A stretch of DNA of 64,000 nt, from contig CAZWTX010000008.1 in the NCBI GenBank assembly GCA_964637135.1, positions 1-64,000 of the forward strand, written 5' to 3'. This document shows, one piece after another, positions 1 to 9,071 of the stretch. The notes beneath the pieces were generated by a model, which was not told the origin of the DNA, ran no database searches, and was given only the letters and a program-made list of their open reading frames with translations. Made by a program: the position numbers and the translations under genes. The stretch comes from an uncultured Methanospirillum sp. (GTDB lineage: Archaea; Halobacteriota; Methanomicrobia; Methanomicrobiales; Methanospirillaceae). Position 1 is the first letter of the stretch. Each line of letters opens with the position of its first letter.

Positions 1-2
1 TC

Positions 3-461
3 CTGATCTGGTTCGTCTTTCTGGCGGTGGTTATCATCGCCGTCACCGTTCTGAAGCGTCAGACCAGCGACAAAAGCCGGTGGATCATAGCAGTTGGTGC
101 CCTTATCCTGATCCTCGTCTCGATCGCAGGCCAGCTCGCGGGCGTCGGGCCGGTGGATCCGGTTTCTCTCACGGCTCTCTTCACCTGCGGGTTTGTCCTC
201 CTGGTATGGGCCTGGCGGCTTGGAAGGTATGGGAACCGGGATCGGCTGATCCAGGATGAACGATCCCAGAAGATCGGAACGTACGGGATCTCGTACTCCT
301 GGTACCTCACGTACCTCGTGGTTGCCATGCTTGGATGGCTGACGGCAATGGGAGAGATCTCACTCGATGTCACGACCTTCTCCCTTCTGCTCATCATCAT
401 GATGCCGCTGAGTGCATTCCTCTTTCAATGGTACTTCAACCGGCAGGGGGACGTCTTCTAG
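3..461 (+). CDS. DUF2178-like membrane protein (5'-truncated by window edge)
   Basis: Frame is open from the window start. Several TM segments and a '[17 protein letters not shown]' motif typical of DUF2178; directly upstream of an XRE HTH gene. Confidence 0.65.
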   Translation: MIWFVFLAVVIIAVTVLKRQTSDKSRWIIAVGALILILVSIAGQLAGVGPVDPVSLTALFTCGFVLLVWAWRLGRYGNRDRLIQDERSQKIGTYGISYSWYLTYLVVAMLGWLTAMGEISLDVTTFSLLLIIMMPLSAFLFQWYFNRQGDVF

Positions 462-468
462 GAGCGGT

Positions 469-681
469 ATGCACACCCGTATCAAGGAATACCGGGCACG
501 GTACGGCATGACCCAGGCCGATCTTGCAGAAAAGACCGGGGTTCGCCGGGAGACGATCGTTTTTCTTGAAAAGGGACGGTATAATCCTTCTCTCCGGCTT
601 GCCCACCTGGTCGCCACCATCCTGAACGCCTCCATCGACGAGATATTCCTCTTCGATGACGAGGATGAAACAAAGCCTTGA
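469..681 (+). CDS. XRE/Cro-family HTH transcriptional regulator
   Basis: [45 protein letters not shown] is a classic COG1476-type sequence; AGGAG SD before ATG 469. Confidence 0.9.
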   Translation: MHTRIKEYRARYGMTQADLAEKTGVRRETIVFLEKGRYNPSLRLAHLVATILNASIDEIFLFDDEDETKP

Positions 682-683
682 TG

Positions 684-691
684 TTTATATT
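684..691 (+). promoter_or_regulatory. Putative TATA box for the Yip1-ABC operon
   Basis: TTTATATT about 33 nt upstream of ATG 724. Confidence 0.45.
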
Positions 692-723
692 TACCCGTAT
701 CAAGTAATATTAGCGAGGAACAG

Positions 724-1389
724 ATGTTACAGATTCTTACTTCACCAAAACCCTTCTTTGAGGCCTGTGCAGGACAGGAACCATCCCTGAAGAAACCTGC
801 ACTCATCATCCTGCTCATGGCAGTCCTTTCAGGGATTACCGGGTACCTGATGGGAGAGATCATGGGACGGATGTTCTCCGGAATTGCTGCAGGAATAGAT
901 ATGAGCCTCATCAGCGCGATAAGTGCCGCAGGAGGCTCATTCCTGGCCACCTGGTTTATGTGGTTGGTCGCAGCCGTGGTGCTCCTCATCATGGTAAAGA
1001 TCCTGAAAGGCTCAGGTTCATTCAAGCGGTATGCAGAGATAACCGGGTACAGTTTTCTTCCCCTGCTGATCGGAACGGTCATCAGCGTATGCCTCTCCCT
1101 GTACTATCTCCCCCGAATCCCGGTCAGTCCGGTCAAGGTGGCTGATCCCGGTCAGATACAGGCCGCCATGACCAGTTTCATGCAGAACCCGGTCATGCAG
1201 GAGTACATGCTGCTCTCAACCGTCCTGAGTATCATCTTCCTCATCTGGGGAGTCAATATCTGTGCCATCGGTCTTGAGAAATGCTGCAATCTTACCTCGA
1301 AACAGTCACTGATTGCTGCCGGGGTTCCGGTTGCACTGTACATCATCTACTCCGTATACACCCTTGTCACGACTGCCGGGTTGATCTGA
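724..1389 (+). CDS. Yip1 family membrane protein
   Basis: N-terminal 'ILTSPKPFF', 'GSGSFKR..EITGYSFLP' motif, about 5 TM helices. Confidence 0.85.
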   Translation: MLQILTSPKPFFEACAGQEPSLKKPALIILLMAVLSGITGYLMGEIMGRMFSGIAAGIDMSLISAISAAGGSFLATWFMWLVAAVVLLIMVKILKGSGSFKRYAEITGYSFLPLLIGTVISVCLSLYYLPRIPVSPVKVADPGQIQAAMTSFMQNPVMQEYMLLSTVLSIIFLIWGVNICAIGLEKCCNLTSKQSLIAAGVPVALYIIYSVYTLVTTAGLI

Positions 1390-2550
1390 ATGCGGATATC
1401 CCCTCTTTTTATTCTCGTTCTTCTCCTCTTCCTGGCTTTTCCGGTCTCTGCCGCAGTCGAGACCGATCCGGTTGATGCCGCAGCACAGGTCGAGATTGGA
1501 GACCTGAGGATCGATCCTGCGGTCCTGATGCCACACGACACCGCCGTGGTCACGATCACCCTGACAAACACCGGAACGAAGGCGGTACCGATCTCCCATG
1601 CCCTTATCTATGACAAGGATCTCGTGATCCTCTCTGATAACTACGGCAAGGTGGGTTCGATCGGTGCAGGAAACAACCTGACCCTTGAGTTCACCATCCA
1701 GGCACGGGCAAAAACCGGGATCTTCTACCCGACCCTCTCCCTTGACTTCAGGGGTGCCCATTTCCTGAGATACCCGTTCCGGGTCCAGGTACAGGAAGAT
1801 CCGCTCGAGATGTCAGTCCTGTCAAAGCCTGAAACCTTTGTCGAGGGGAAGAAAGATGTTGTCTCCCTCCATATCGGCAATCCACGTGACAACACGGTCA
1901 GCGGGGTTACCGTTTCCGTCAACGGCACCGGCCATGAAATCACCCCTGCCTCGTATTTCATCGGTGCCCTTCCCTCCGACGCAGTTATCGATATCCCCTT
2001 CAATATCACGCCATACGGAAACCAGTCGGTCACCTTCACCCTCCTGTACCAGAACGGGATCATCAATCCCCACCAGGTCTCCTATACTCTCCCGATTCTC
2101 CTTGGGGAGAGCAGGAAGCAGGCCAACCCGGTCCTTTCAAATGTGTTCGTCAGTGATGAGGGCGATCTCATCCGGGTCACCGGCGATGTGACGAACTCAG
2201 GGCTTGAAACGGCAAATGCCGTTGAGATCACATCACTGGCGCCTGCAGAACCGGTCTTCCCATACAAACTCTATGCCGTCGGTGCACTCAAACCGGACGA
2301 CTTCTCCAGTTTCGAGGTGACTTTCAGGGTCGAAGGGAATACATCCGGTGTTCCGCTCCAGACGAGTTTTAAGGATCGGGACGGAAATATCTTCACTTCA
2401 GAGACATCCGTTGAGATCAATCACGAGGAAACGCTGATCGAACAGGAAAAACCATCGGCCCTCCCGGAAAATCTCGTCTTTGTCATACCCGGTGCCGTCC
2501 TTGTCTTCGTTATTATCGCGATCTGGTATAGCCGGCGAAGAAAAGCATGA
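1390..2550 (+). CDS. COG1361 S-layer-domain/CARDB-like surface protein
   Basis: Signal peptide, repeated Ig-like 'ITLTNTG/IGN/VTNSG' segments, C-terminal TM plus RRRK; typical neighbour of archaeal MacB-type ABC genes. Confidence 0.8.
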   Translation: MRISPLFILVLLLFLAFPVSAAVETDPVDAAAQVEIGDLRIDPAVLMPHDTAVVTITLTNTGTKAVPISHALIYDKDLVILSDNYGKVGSIGAGNNLTLEFTIQARAKTGIFYPTLSLDFRGAHFLRYPFRVQVQEDPLEMSVLSKPETFVEGKKDVVSLHIGNPRDNTVSGVTVSVNGTGHEITPASYFIGALPSDAVIDIPFNITPYGNQSVTFTLLYQNGIINPHQVSYTLPILLGESRKQANPVLSNVFVSDEGDLIRVTGDVTNSGLETANAVEITSLAPAEPVFPYKLYAVGALKPDDFSSFEVTFRVEGNTSGVPLQTSFKDRDGNIFTSETSVEINHEETLIEQEKPSALPENLVFVIPGAVLVFVIIAIWYSRRRKA

Positions 2551-2564
2551 TACCAGGAGCAACC

Positions 2565-3254
2565 ATGACTGAAACAGAACCGGTCATGGAGTTCTCCGGG
2601 GTGACCAAGATCTATCCCCTCTCTTCGGGGGATGTAACGGCACTTTCGGATATCTCCCTCCGGGTTGACTCTGGAGAATTCATTGCCATCATGGGCCCGT
2701 CCGGTTCAGGAAAATCAACCCTCCTGAACATGATGGGCTGCCTTGATGTGCCATCCCGGGGTGAGGTATACATCAGAGGCCGGAGTATCAGGACGCTCAG
2801 CGATGATCAGCTCACTGACCTTCGCCGGGATGAACTTGGGTTCATCTTCCAGCAGTTCAATCTCATTCCGCTTCTCAATGCCCTTGAGAATGTCCGCTAC
2901 CCGCTCATCCTGAAGAGCGGGATGTCGGCTTCACGGGAGCGGTGCCAGGAAGTGCTCTCCGCTGTCGGCCTCATCCCCGAGCTCTGGGATCACCGGCCAA
3001 ACCAGCTCTCCGGCGGCCAGCAGCAGCGGGTGGCCATCGCCCGTGCCCTTGTCAACGATCCGGCGATCCTTCTCTGCGATGAACCGACCGGGAACCTTGA
3101 CACGAAGACCGGACAGGCGATCATGGCCCTCCTGGAGCGGCTCTGTCACGAGGAAGGAAAGACAGTTATCATGGTTACCCATGATCCCCGGACGGCGGAG
3201 TATGCCGGGCGGGTAATCATGATAGAGGACGGCCGGATCAGGGAGGAGACATAA
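2565..3254 (+). CDS. ABC transporter ATP-binding protein (LolD/MacB/YknY type)
   Basis: Walker [44 protein letters not shown] before ATG 2565. Confidence 0.95.
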   Translation: MTETEPVMEFSGVTKIYPLSSGDVTALSDISLRVDSGEFIAIMGPSGSGKSTLLNMMGCLDVPSRGEVYIRGRSIRTLSDDQLTDLRRDELGFIFQQFNLIPLLNALENVRYPLILKSGMSASRERCQEVLSAVGLIPELWDHRPNQLSGGQQQRVAIARALVNDPAILLCDEPTGNLDTKTGQAIMALLERLCHEEGKTVIMVTHDPRTAEYAGRVIMIEDGRIREET

Positions 3255-4417
3255 TGACCGGCAGTTCGCTCTTCTTCAGTCTTGCAGTCCGGAACCTCCA
3301 GATGCACTGGCTCAGATCCCTTCTCGCGGCTATTGGGATTATCATCGGGGTCATTGCCATCTCATCGATGGGAATCCTCGGCAATGCCCTCTCTCTCTCG
3401 GTCATGGATTCATTCTCAGATATCGGTGATTCGATCGTCGTCACGCCCCATGGGGGAGGCGGCGGTACCTCGACCAAAGAGTACCTGACCGACCGGCAGC
3501 TCGAACTGATCAGGCGGGCCGCCGGGACCAATGAGATGATCCCGATCTATGCCGGCGGAGACCGGGTGAAAGTGAGACGGGATGTCCTGTATGCTTCCGT
3601 GTATGGCATCGATCCAAAGGATGTCCCAACCCTGCTTGAGATTGGGAAAGGACAGTATCTCCGGGGTTCATCAGGAGTGATGATCGGGGCAAAGATCGCA
3701 GAGGAAAATAATCTGACCGTCGGCTCCCGGCTCCTCATTGGTGAAGTTGAGACTGGTATCCGGGTGGTCGGGATCCTCAAAGAACGGGGAATGGGCTTTG
3801 ATATCAACCCGGATTACGCCATTGTCACCTCGGATCTCTGGTACCGGGACTTCTACGATGCAAAGGGGCATGACCAGGCGATCATCAAGGTTGCCGATAT
3901 CACCGATATCGATCAGGTCAAAACATCCATCGAGAACCAGCTGAACAAGCGGGAGACTGAGGTCGATGTCTTTGACACCCGGATGATCCTTGAGTCGATC
4001 ACGGAAGTATTCGGGCAAATTACCCAGTTCACGATGGCAATCGGAGGGATCTCCCTGATCGTCGCTGGTGTCTCAATATTCAACGTGATGATGATGTCAG
4101 TGATGGAACGGTACAAGGAGATTGGTATCATCCGGTCTATCGGGACCAGACGTGCCGAGGTGCGGAGCATGTTCATCTACGAGGCACTTGTTCTCGGCCT
4201 TTCCGGTTCATTTGTCGGGGGGATTCTCAGTTTTGCCGGCGGATACCTCGTGGTCTCCGTGGTGATGCACGACATCTCCTACCTCTTCAATCCGGCATCG
4301 CTGATCCAGATCCCGTATGGAATGGCGTTCGGGATCGTAACCAGCCTCCTTTCCGGGCTGTACCCGGCATGGAAGGCCTCGAATCTGAACCCGATCGATG
4401 CCCTCAGGCACGAGTAA
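3254..4417 (+). CDS. ABC transporter permease (MacB/FtsX/YknZ type)
   Basis: 'RSLLAAIGIIIGV', large extracytoplasmic loop, 'SVMERYKEIGIIRSIG', 'YPAWKASNLNPIDALRHE'; start overlaps the upstream stop. Confidence 0.95.
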   Translation: MTGSSLFFSLAVRNLQMHWLRSLLAAIGIIIGVIAISSMGILGNALSLSVMDSFSDIGDSIVVTPHGGGGGTSTKEYLTDRQLELIRRAAGTNEMIPIYAGGDRVKVRRDVLYASVYGIDPKDVPTLLEIGKGQYLRGSSGVMIGAKIAEENNLTVGSRLLIGEVETGIRVVGILKERGMGFDINPDYAIVTSDLWYRDFYDAKGHDQAIIKVADITDIDQVKTSIENQLNKRETEVDVFDTRMILESITEVFGQITQFTMAIGGISLIVAGVSIFNVMMMSVMERYKEIGIIRSIGTRRAEVRSMFIYEALVLGLSGSFVGGILSFAGGYLVVSVVMHDISYLFNPASLIQIPYGMAFGIVTSLLSGLYPAWKASNLNPIDALRHE

Positions 4418-4871
4418 GGTGGTAATTGTCAAAACAGAAATAACCTGATTAAACATTATTCAAATCAGGCCTTTTTTAATCCTAAATGGAAATTGTCTTT
4501 TATTATAACGTTCTTACGATTTTTCCGTTTATGGGAAAATAAGAAAAAAATAATTAGCCCTTTTGACATCCCAATAATTTGTTGAATACTCTTTAAATAT
4601 CAGAATCCGTGAATGAAATAACAGAAATACTTCATTTGCCTCTTGCTTTCCCTTTGTCTTTTTGATCCAATTTCGTCGATCAAGATATGGATAATCTCTG
4701 AAGGGATGAGACCCGAAATTGTTTGAAACAACGGAGAGAGGCTATACTAACATGTATCTATCATCTCATTCGCCAATTCTCGAGAGAATTGAGGGTTTTG
4801 ATAAGGTTATAAAATAAAAAAGTTTCATAAATTAGGGGACATTATATTTATTTTTTTCTGTTGCAAATGGG

Positions 4872-4885
4872 CAAAGGTATTTATA
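4872..4885 (+). promoter_or_regulatory. Putative BRE/TATA promoter for the Cys-rich lipoprotein gene
   Basis: CAAAGG followed by TATTTATA (4878-4885), about 35 nt before ATG 4920. Confidence 0.55.
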
Positions 4886-4919
4886 GATAAGTATTTAATC
4901 CTCTATTATAGGGTAGTTT

Positions 4920-5306
4920 ATGAAGACGGTTTTATCAAAGAAAAAGATGTTAATTCTTGTAGGAATAGTGTTGTTCCTTTGTATTTTCACCGCAGGATGT
5001 TGTTGGCCGTTCGAAGACAAAAGTACTTGTGTAACACATAAAAAAGAATGTGTGAGTTATGGGCTTGGGTCCGAATGGACTTGTAAACTTTGTAAGTTTA
5101 TCGGGGGTAAACTTGATTCTTGTCAGGAAGAGGAACATACAAAATATTGTTATGAAAAAAACTGGTTTGGTGATGTGGATACATGTTATCAGTTAGATTA
5201 CAAACCTTCTCAAAAAGTCACCCCCTCGCCTACCCCGACAAAGAATGTGCCTCAAGTAGTATACAATTCAGGTCCTTCAGGGAATCCGGCCTGTCCATCC
5301 TGTTAA
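4920..5306 (+). CDS. Small Cys-rich predicted lipoprotein, unknown function
   Basis: Basic N-terminus, hydrophobic stretch and lipobox-like TAG|C; 12 Cys in total; P/T linker; C-terminal CPSC. Confidence 0.75.
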   Translation: MKTVLSKKKMLILVGIVLFLCIFTAGCCWPFEDKSTCVTHKKECVSYGLGSEWTCKLCKFIGGKLDSCQEEEHTKYCYEKNWFGDVDTCYQLDYKPSQKVTPSPTPTKNVPQVVYNSGPSGNPACPSC

Positions 5307-5321
5307 TACATGGTGATCCAA

Positions 5322-5804
5322 ATGAATAAACAAATAATTATTTTATTATGCTCACTGTTCCTGCTCATTCCGACCGTTATGGCGATAGAGATCAAAGATG
5401 TCACTATCAATCTCAGCGATGACAATAGCGGAGAGATAACCATGCAGTACCAACTCTCCGATCGGGAAATGAATTTCCTGAAATCGGATAAGGAGGAGGT
5501 AAACCAATTTGCATCTACATTCTTTGGTCTGAACGAAGATGGCTCCGGATTGTACTCAAGCCGGGAGGAGAATATGACCCAATGGGCTGAAATGAATGGT
5601 TCCAGGGTTTTACTCCTGCATGGATTTTATTTTGACGAGTATGATCTTACGAAAGACAAGTCATTGTTAAATATATCTCCGAATATCGCCTTTTTCACGC
5701 CAGATTACATGCCTGCCAAGGTATCTATCACCTGGCCTGACGGGAAAATGGTCCAGGTCGAGAACAAGACCTATATTCCGAACCTGATGTACACGATGGA
5801 TTAA
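5322..5804 (+). CDS. Secreted hypothetical protein
   Basis: GGTGA SD before ATG 5322; signal peptide ending VMA; 15 nt after the upstream stop, so probably co-transcribed. Confidence 0.75.
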   Translation: MNKQIIILLCSLFLLIPTVMAIEIKDVTINLSDDNSGEITMQYQLSDREMNFLKSDKEEVNQFASTFFGLNEDGSGLYSSREENMTQWAEMNGSRVLLLHGFYFDEYDLTKDKSLLNISPNIAFFTPDYMPAKVSITWPDGKMVQVENKTYIPNLMYTMD

Positions 5805-5984
5805 TTCCTCCTCGATTCTTTTTTGGAGTATAATATACTATACCCGCTAATTGCAGATTCTTGCTTTCTAAGGCAACCAAGTGCTGTCTCACCTGAATAA
5901 CCCCACTATATCACACAACCCGGGTCAGGTATTGCAGTTGTGGTTCGCGTTCATTTCTTGTTTCTGGGTAAAAAAGAGAGATAT

Positions 5985-8075
5985 TTACCAGAGTCGTGAA
6001 CGGTTCTCGTACGGGATAAAGAGATCGTCATCGGTTCCGATCCCGGGGAATGCCTCGTAGAATTCGTCCATGTTGAACGGGATGATATTCACCCGGTACG
6101 TATTCCACGGGTGGTTCTCGACGAGGATCAGATTTCGGAGTTCCTCGTCCCGGATGGTACCCCGCCATGCCTGGGCAAACCCGATGAAGAACCGTTGTTT
6201 TCCGGTCAGGCCGTCAGGTCCGATGGTATCTGCTTCGTCCGGGTACGCGTCAATGTACGCATGGTATGCCACGGTAAGACCCCCGAGATCGGCCACATTC
6301 TCCGATATCGTCCGCGTTCCGTTCATGTACAGGCCGGGGAGCACCTCGGTCCGCGAAAACTCGGGAACAAGGGGGAATGCATGTATTGCATACCCCTCGA
6401 GGTCTGCCCTTGTCCACCAGTTGTTCAGGGTCCCGTTTTTGTCGTACTTTCTCCCCATCTCGTCGAATCCATGGGTCATCTCGTGTCCGATCATGGATCC
6501 GATGGCCCCGTAGTTGACAGCCGGATCGGCAGTACTGTTAAAGAACGGCTCCTGGAGAATGCCTGCCGGGATAACGATGGAATTGCGGGTGGAATCATAG
6601 TACGCATTCACCGTCTGAGGGGAGAGATACCACGTGTCAGGATCACTCGGGTACCCGGCGACCAGCATACTCCGGGTAAAGTAATACCTGCTGATATTGA
6701 GGATATTCTCCAGGTATGAATCCTCGGTGACGTTTAAACCGAGATAATCACCCCAGGTATCCGGGTACCCGACCTGGAGCCGCATTGCCCCGTGTTTTCC
6801 AAGGGCGGTCTCTCTGGTCTCGTTGGTCAGCCAGGAGAGATTCGAAAGCCGGCTGCCCTGGGAAGCGTGGAGATTATCAATCAGGGCCGCTGCCTCCTCC
6901 CTGTCGCTTTCAGGGAAGTACTTCTCGACGTACGCCTTTCCGATAGCATTGCCGAGCACTTCGTTCATCATGGCAAGAACCTGTCGCCACCAGGGAGTGC
7001 TCTCTTCCTGTCCGGCAAGGGTTACCTCGTAAAACCTGCTGTATGCATCACGATACGGAGTACTGGCGAGGGGGGCGGCAAACTGGAGCACTTTCCAGAG
7101 CAGGAAACTCTGGATATCTCCGACCGGCTCTTCATTGAGGATACGGCCGACTTCCCTGAGATATTCCGGCTGATGGATGTTGATATACGGGAGATCTGGC
7201 CGCCCGGTCTTCTCAAGGATTCCTTCCCAGGGAATTCCCGGAAATCCGCTGGTCAGGTTCTCCTGGTCAACCCGGTAGTACATCTGTTCGGCCCGTCCGT
7301 ACCCGGATGCGTCTGCAGAAGCCTCAGCAAGAAGGGATTCGATCCGGATAGCAGCATCTGCATGAGCCTGTGCTTCTTCTTGTGGATACCCGGCAAGGGT
7401 GAAGAGCCGGACAGCATATTCCCGGAATTGTTCCCGGATCGATGCAATCTCGGGATCTTCAGAGAAGTAAAAGTCCCGTGAGGGAAAAGAAAGCCCGCTC
7501 TGGGATATCGTTGCAACGAGCATTCCCTTGTCGCCCGGGTCTTCTCCGGAATAGAGGGTAAAGAAAGGTGTCATCCCGCCTGCGAGGAGATCGACTGAGG
7601 CGTTCCTGATCTCATCCCGCCCGCCACTCTCCTCTATCCTGGTGAGATAGGGCTTTACCGGATCTAATCCAGCTGTATCCGACTTCTCCGTATCCATCGC
7701 GGTCCGGTAGAACCTGCCGATCAGCCACTGGGCCGATCCTTCCGGGGCGGATTCATTCGCGGCTGCTTCCTCGATGAGGGTCTGGACCCGTTCCTCCACC
7801 CGATCAGAAATCTCATTGACGGCAGTGTACATCCTGAGATCGGCCGGAACCGGGTGCTGATCGATCCATGCCCCGTTCGCGTACCTGAAAAAGTCATCTC
7901 CGGGATCTACCGTTGGATCCATCCCGTCAGGGCTGGCTCCGGCCGCAGGTGCCATGGAGAGAGGGAGAAGGATCAGGAAGACAAACAGGACCGGCAATTG
8001 CCGGAACCGGAGTGGCACGATCAGGTGAAGCATCTGTACCTGATTGATCGCGGAACGGTAAGAGGTTTCAGGCAT
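5985..8075 (-). CDS. M13 family zinc metallopeptidase (neprilysin/PepO-like), secreted
   Basis: 'PGDDFFRYANGAW', VNAYY, HEMTHGFD (HExxH), ENVADLGG; hydrophobic signal peptide. True start may be slightly downstream. Confidence 0.95.
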   Translation of the reverse strand: MPETSYRSAINQVQMLHLIVPLRFRQLPVLFVFLILLPLSMAPAAGASPDGMDPTVDPGDDFFRYANGAWIDQHPVPADLRMYTAVNEISDRVEERVQTLIEEAAANESAPEGSAQWLIGRFYRTAMDTEKSDTAGLDPVKPYLTRIEESGGRDEIRNASVDLLAGGMTPFFTLYSGEDPGDKGMLVATISQSGLSFPSRDFYFSEDPEIASIREQFREYAVRLFTLAGYPQEEAQAHADAAIRIESLLAEASADASGYGRAEQMYYRVDQENLTSGFPGIPWEGILEKTGRPDLPYINIHQPEYLREVGRILNEEPVGDIQSFLLWKVLQFAAPLASTPYRDAYSRFYEVTLAGQEESTPWWRQVLAMMNEVLGNAIGKAYVEKYFPESDREEAAALIDNLHASQGSRLSNLSWLTNETRETALGKHGAMRLQVGYPDTWGDYLGLNVTEDSYLENILNISRYYFTRSMLVAGYPSDPDTWYLSPQTVNAYYDSTRNSIVIPAGILQEPFFNSTADPAVNYGAIGSMIGHEMTHGFDEMGRKYDKNGTLNNWWTRADLEGYAIHAFPLVPEFSRTEVLPGLYMNGTRTISENVADLGGLTVAYHAYIDAYPDEADTIGPDGLTGKQRFFIGFAQAWRGTIRDEELRNLILVENHPWNTYRVNIIPFNMDEFYEAFPGIGTDDDLFIPYENRSRLW

Positions 8076-8136
8076 GAGATCGGGAAAAATAGGAAGGGAT
8101 GGGAAACGTTCTCTTCATTTCCCTGTCGAAGGAGGG

Positions 8137-9027
8137 TTACTCATGTGCCCGGAAGATGATCTGGGAGCTCCGCGAGGGGAGATACTTGTCATCGCCGTCA
8201 AAGGAGGCCCTGAGCGGTACTGATGCGGCAAACACGGTCTGGATATCGGTTTCATATCGCCCGTCCCCGCCGGTCCTCACAGTCTTCAGATCCAGGAACC
8301 CGGTTCCATCATCCTCTTCGATCAGAATACTTGCACCGGAAACACCCTTTCCTGATGCATCGGTCAGCTTTCCGCTCAGGGTGACCGGTTCCCCGACTTT
8401 GGGGGAGGAGGTACTCGCCTTCAGCGTCAGTGAGGTGCTTTTGGGCATTTCCGTGTCGGTAACCCTGGCTGTGGGGGTCATAACGACCTGCTCTTCATCG
8501 GTGTCGTCATCTGTACCGGAAAATCTCACCCCGCTCGAAACTGCAGTTCCGGCAGTTCCGGTTGCGGTCGCACTGTATCTGACCATCCCGGCCAGTTCAT
8601 CAGGAACCGGCCAGACAAAGATACCGTTCTCGTCGGCACGGACAGAATCAAGTTCCTCGAAGGGATCGTCCATCGTCTCACGGCCCGAGATGACCACATT
8701 CACATTGGTATTCCTGCCGGCCACATACCCGACCAGCATATCCTGCCCGCCGGTTTTCTTCGCCGGAACCGGAGAGAGGATCACAAAGAGATCTCCTCCG
8801 GTCGCCATGGTCTGCAGAGATGAAGAATCTGATTCATCCTCGGTCAGGGTGACGTTTTTCACCGGGAAGATCCCCGGGGTCAGGCTTGAATCCAGTAAGG
8901 GATCCCGCTGCTGGTAGTAGTTATCGACGGTGCTCATAGAGAGAGTATCAGCCAGAACCGGCAGTCCGGTCAGGATCAGGGTGAGTACCCCTGTAAGAAG
9001 GAGATATGCGGCTTTTCTTCCACTCAT
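8137..9027 (-). CDS. Secreted protein with C-terminal Ig-like domain
   Basis: Signal peptide from MSGRKAAYLLL (ATG 9027); C-terminal 'TSLTL...VGEPVTLSGKLTDASGKGVSGA...FDGDDKYLPS' Big_3-like fold. Confidence 0.75.
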   Translation of the reverse strand: MSGRKAAYLLLTGVLTLILTGLPVLADTLSMSTVDNYYQQRDPLLDSSLTPGIFPVKNVTLTEDESDSSSLQTMATGGDLFVILSPVPAKKTGGQDMLVGYVAGRNTNVNVVISGRETMDDPFEELDSVRADENGIFVWPVPDELAGMVRYSATATGTAGTAVSSGVRFSGTDDDTDEEQVVMTPTARVTDTEMPKSTSLTLKASTSSPKVGEPVTLSGKLTDASGKGVSGASILIEEDDGTGFLDLKTVRTGGDGRYETDIQTVFAASVPLRASFDGDDKYLPSRSSQIIFRAHE

Positions 9028-9071
9028 ACAGATGAGTATCAAAGCCGGAAGAGAATAAGTTGCTGAGCGGC

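Larger units (their letters stand above)
4418..5984. other. AT-rich islet (probable horizontally acquired or fast-evolving segment)
   Basis: Abrupt compositional drop after the ABC permease (e.g. 11 G+C in 60 nt at 4801-4860) relative to the GC-richer flanks. No transposase or clear boundary repeats seen. Confidence 0.55.

Noticed and set aside
4418..5984. Islet as an IS or integrated mobile element
   Set aside because: No transposase or integrase, terminal inverted repeats, target-site duplication or adjacent tRNA found.
8099..8917. 272-aa plus-strand Ser-rich ORF
   Set aside because: Shadow of the minus-strand secreted Ig-like protein, which has a signal peptide and a coherent domain.
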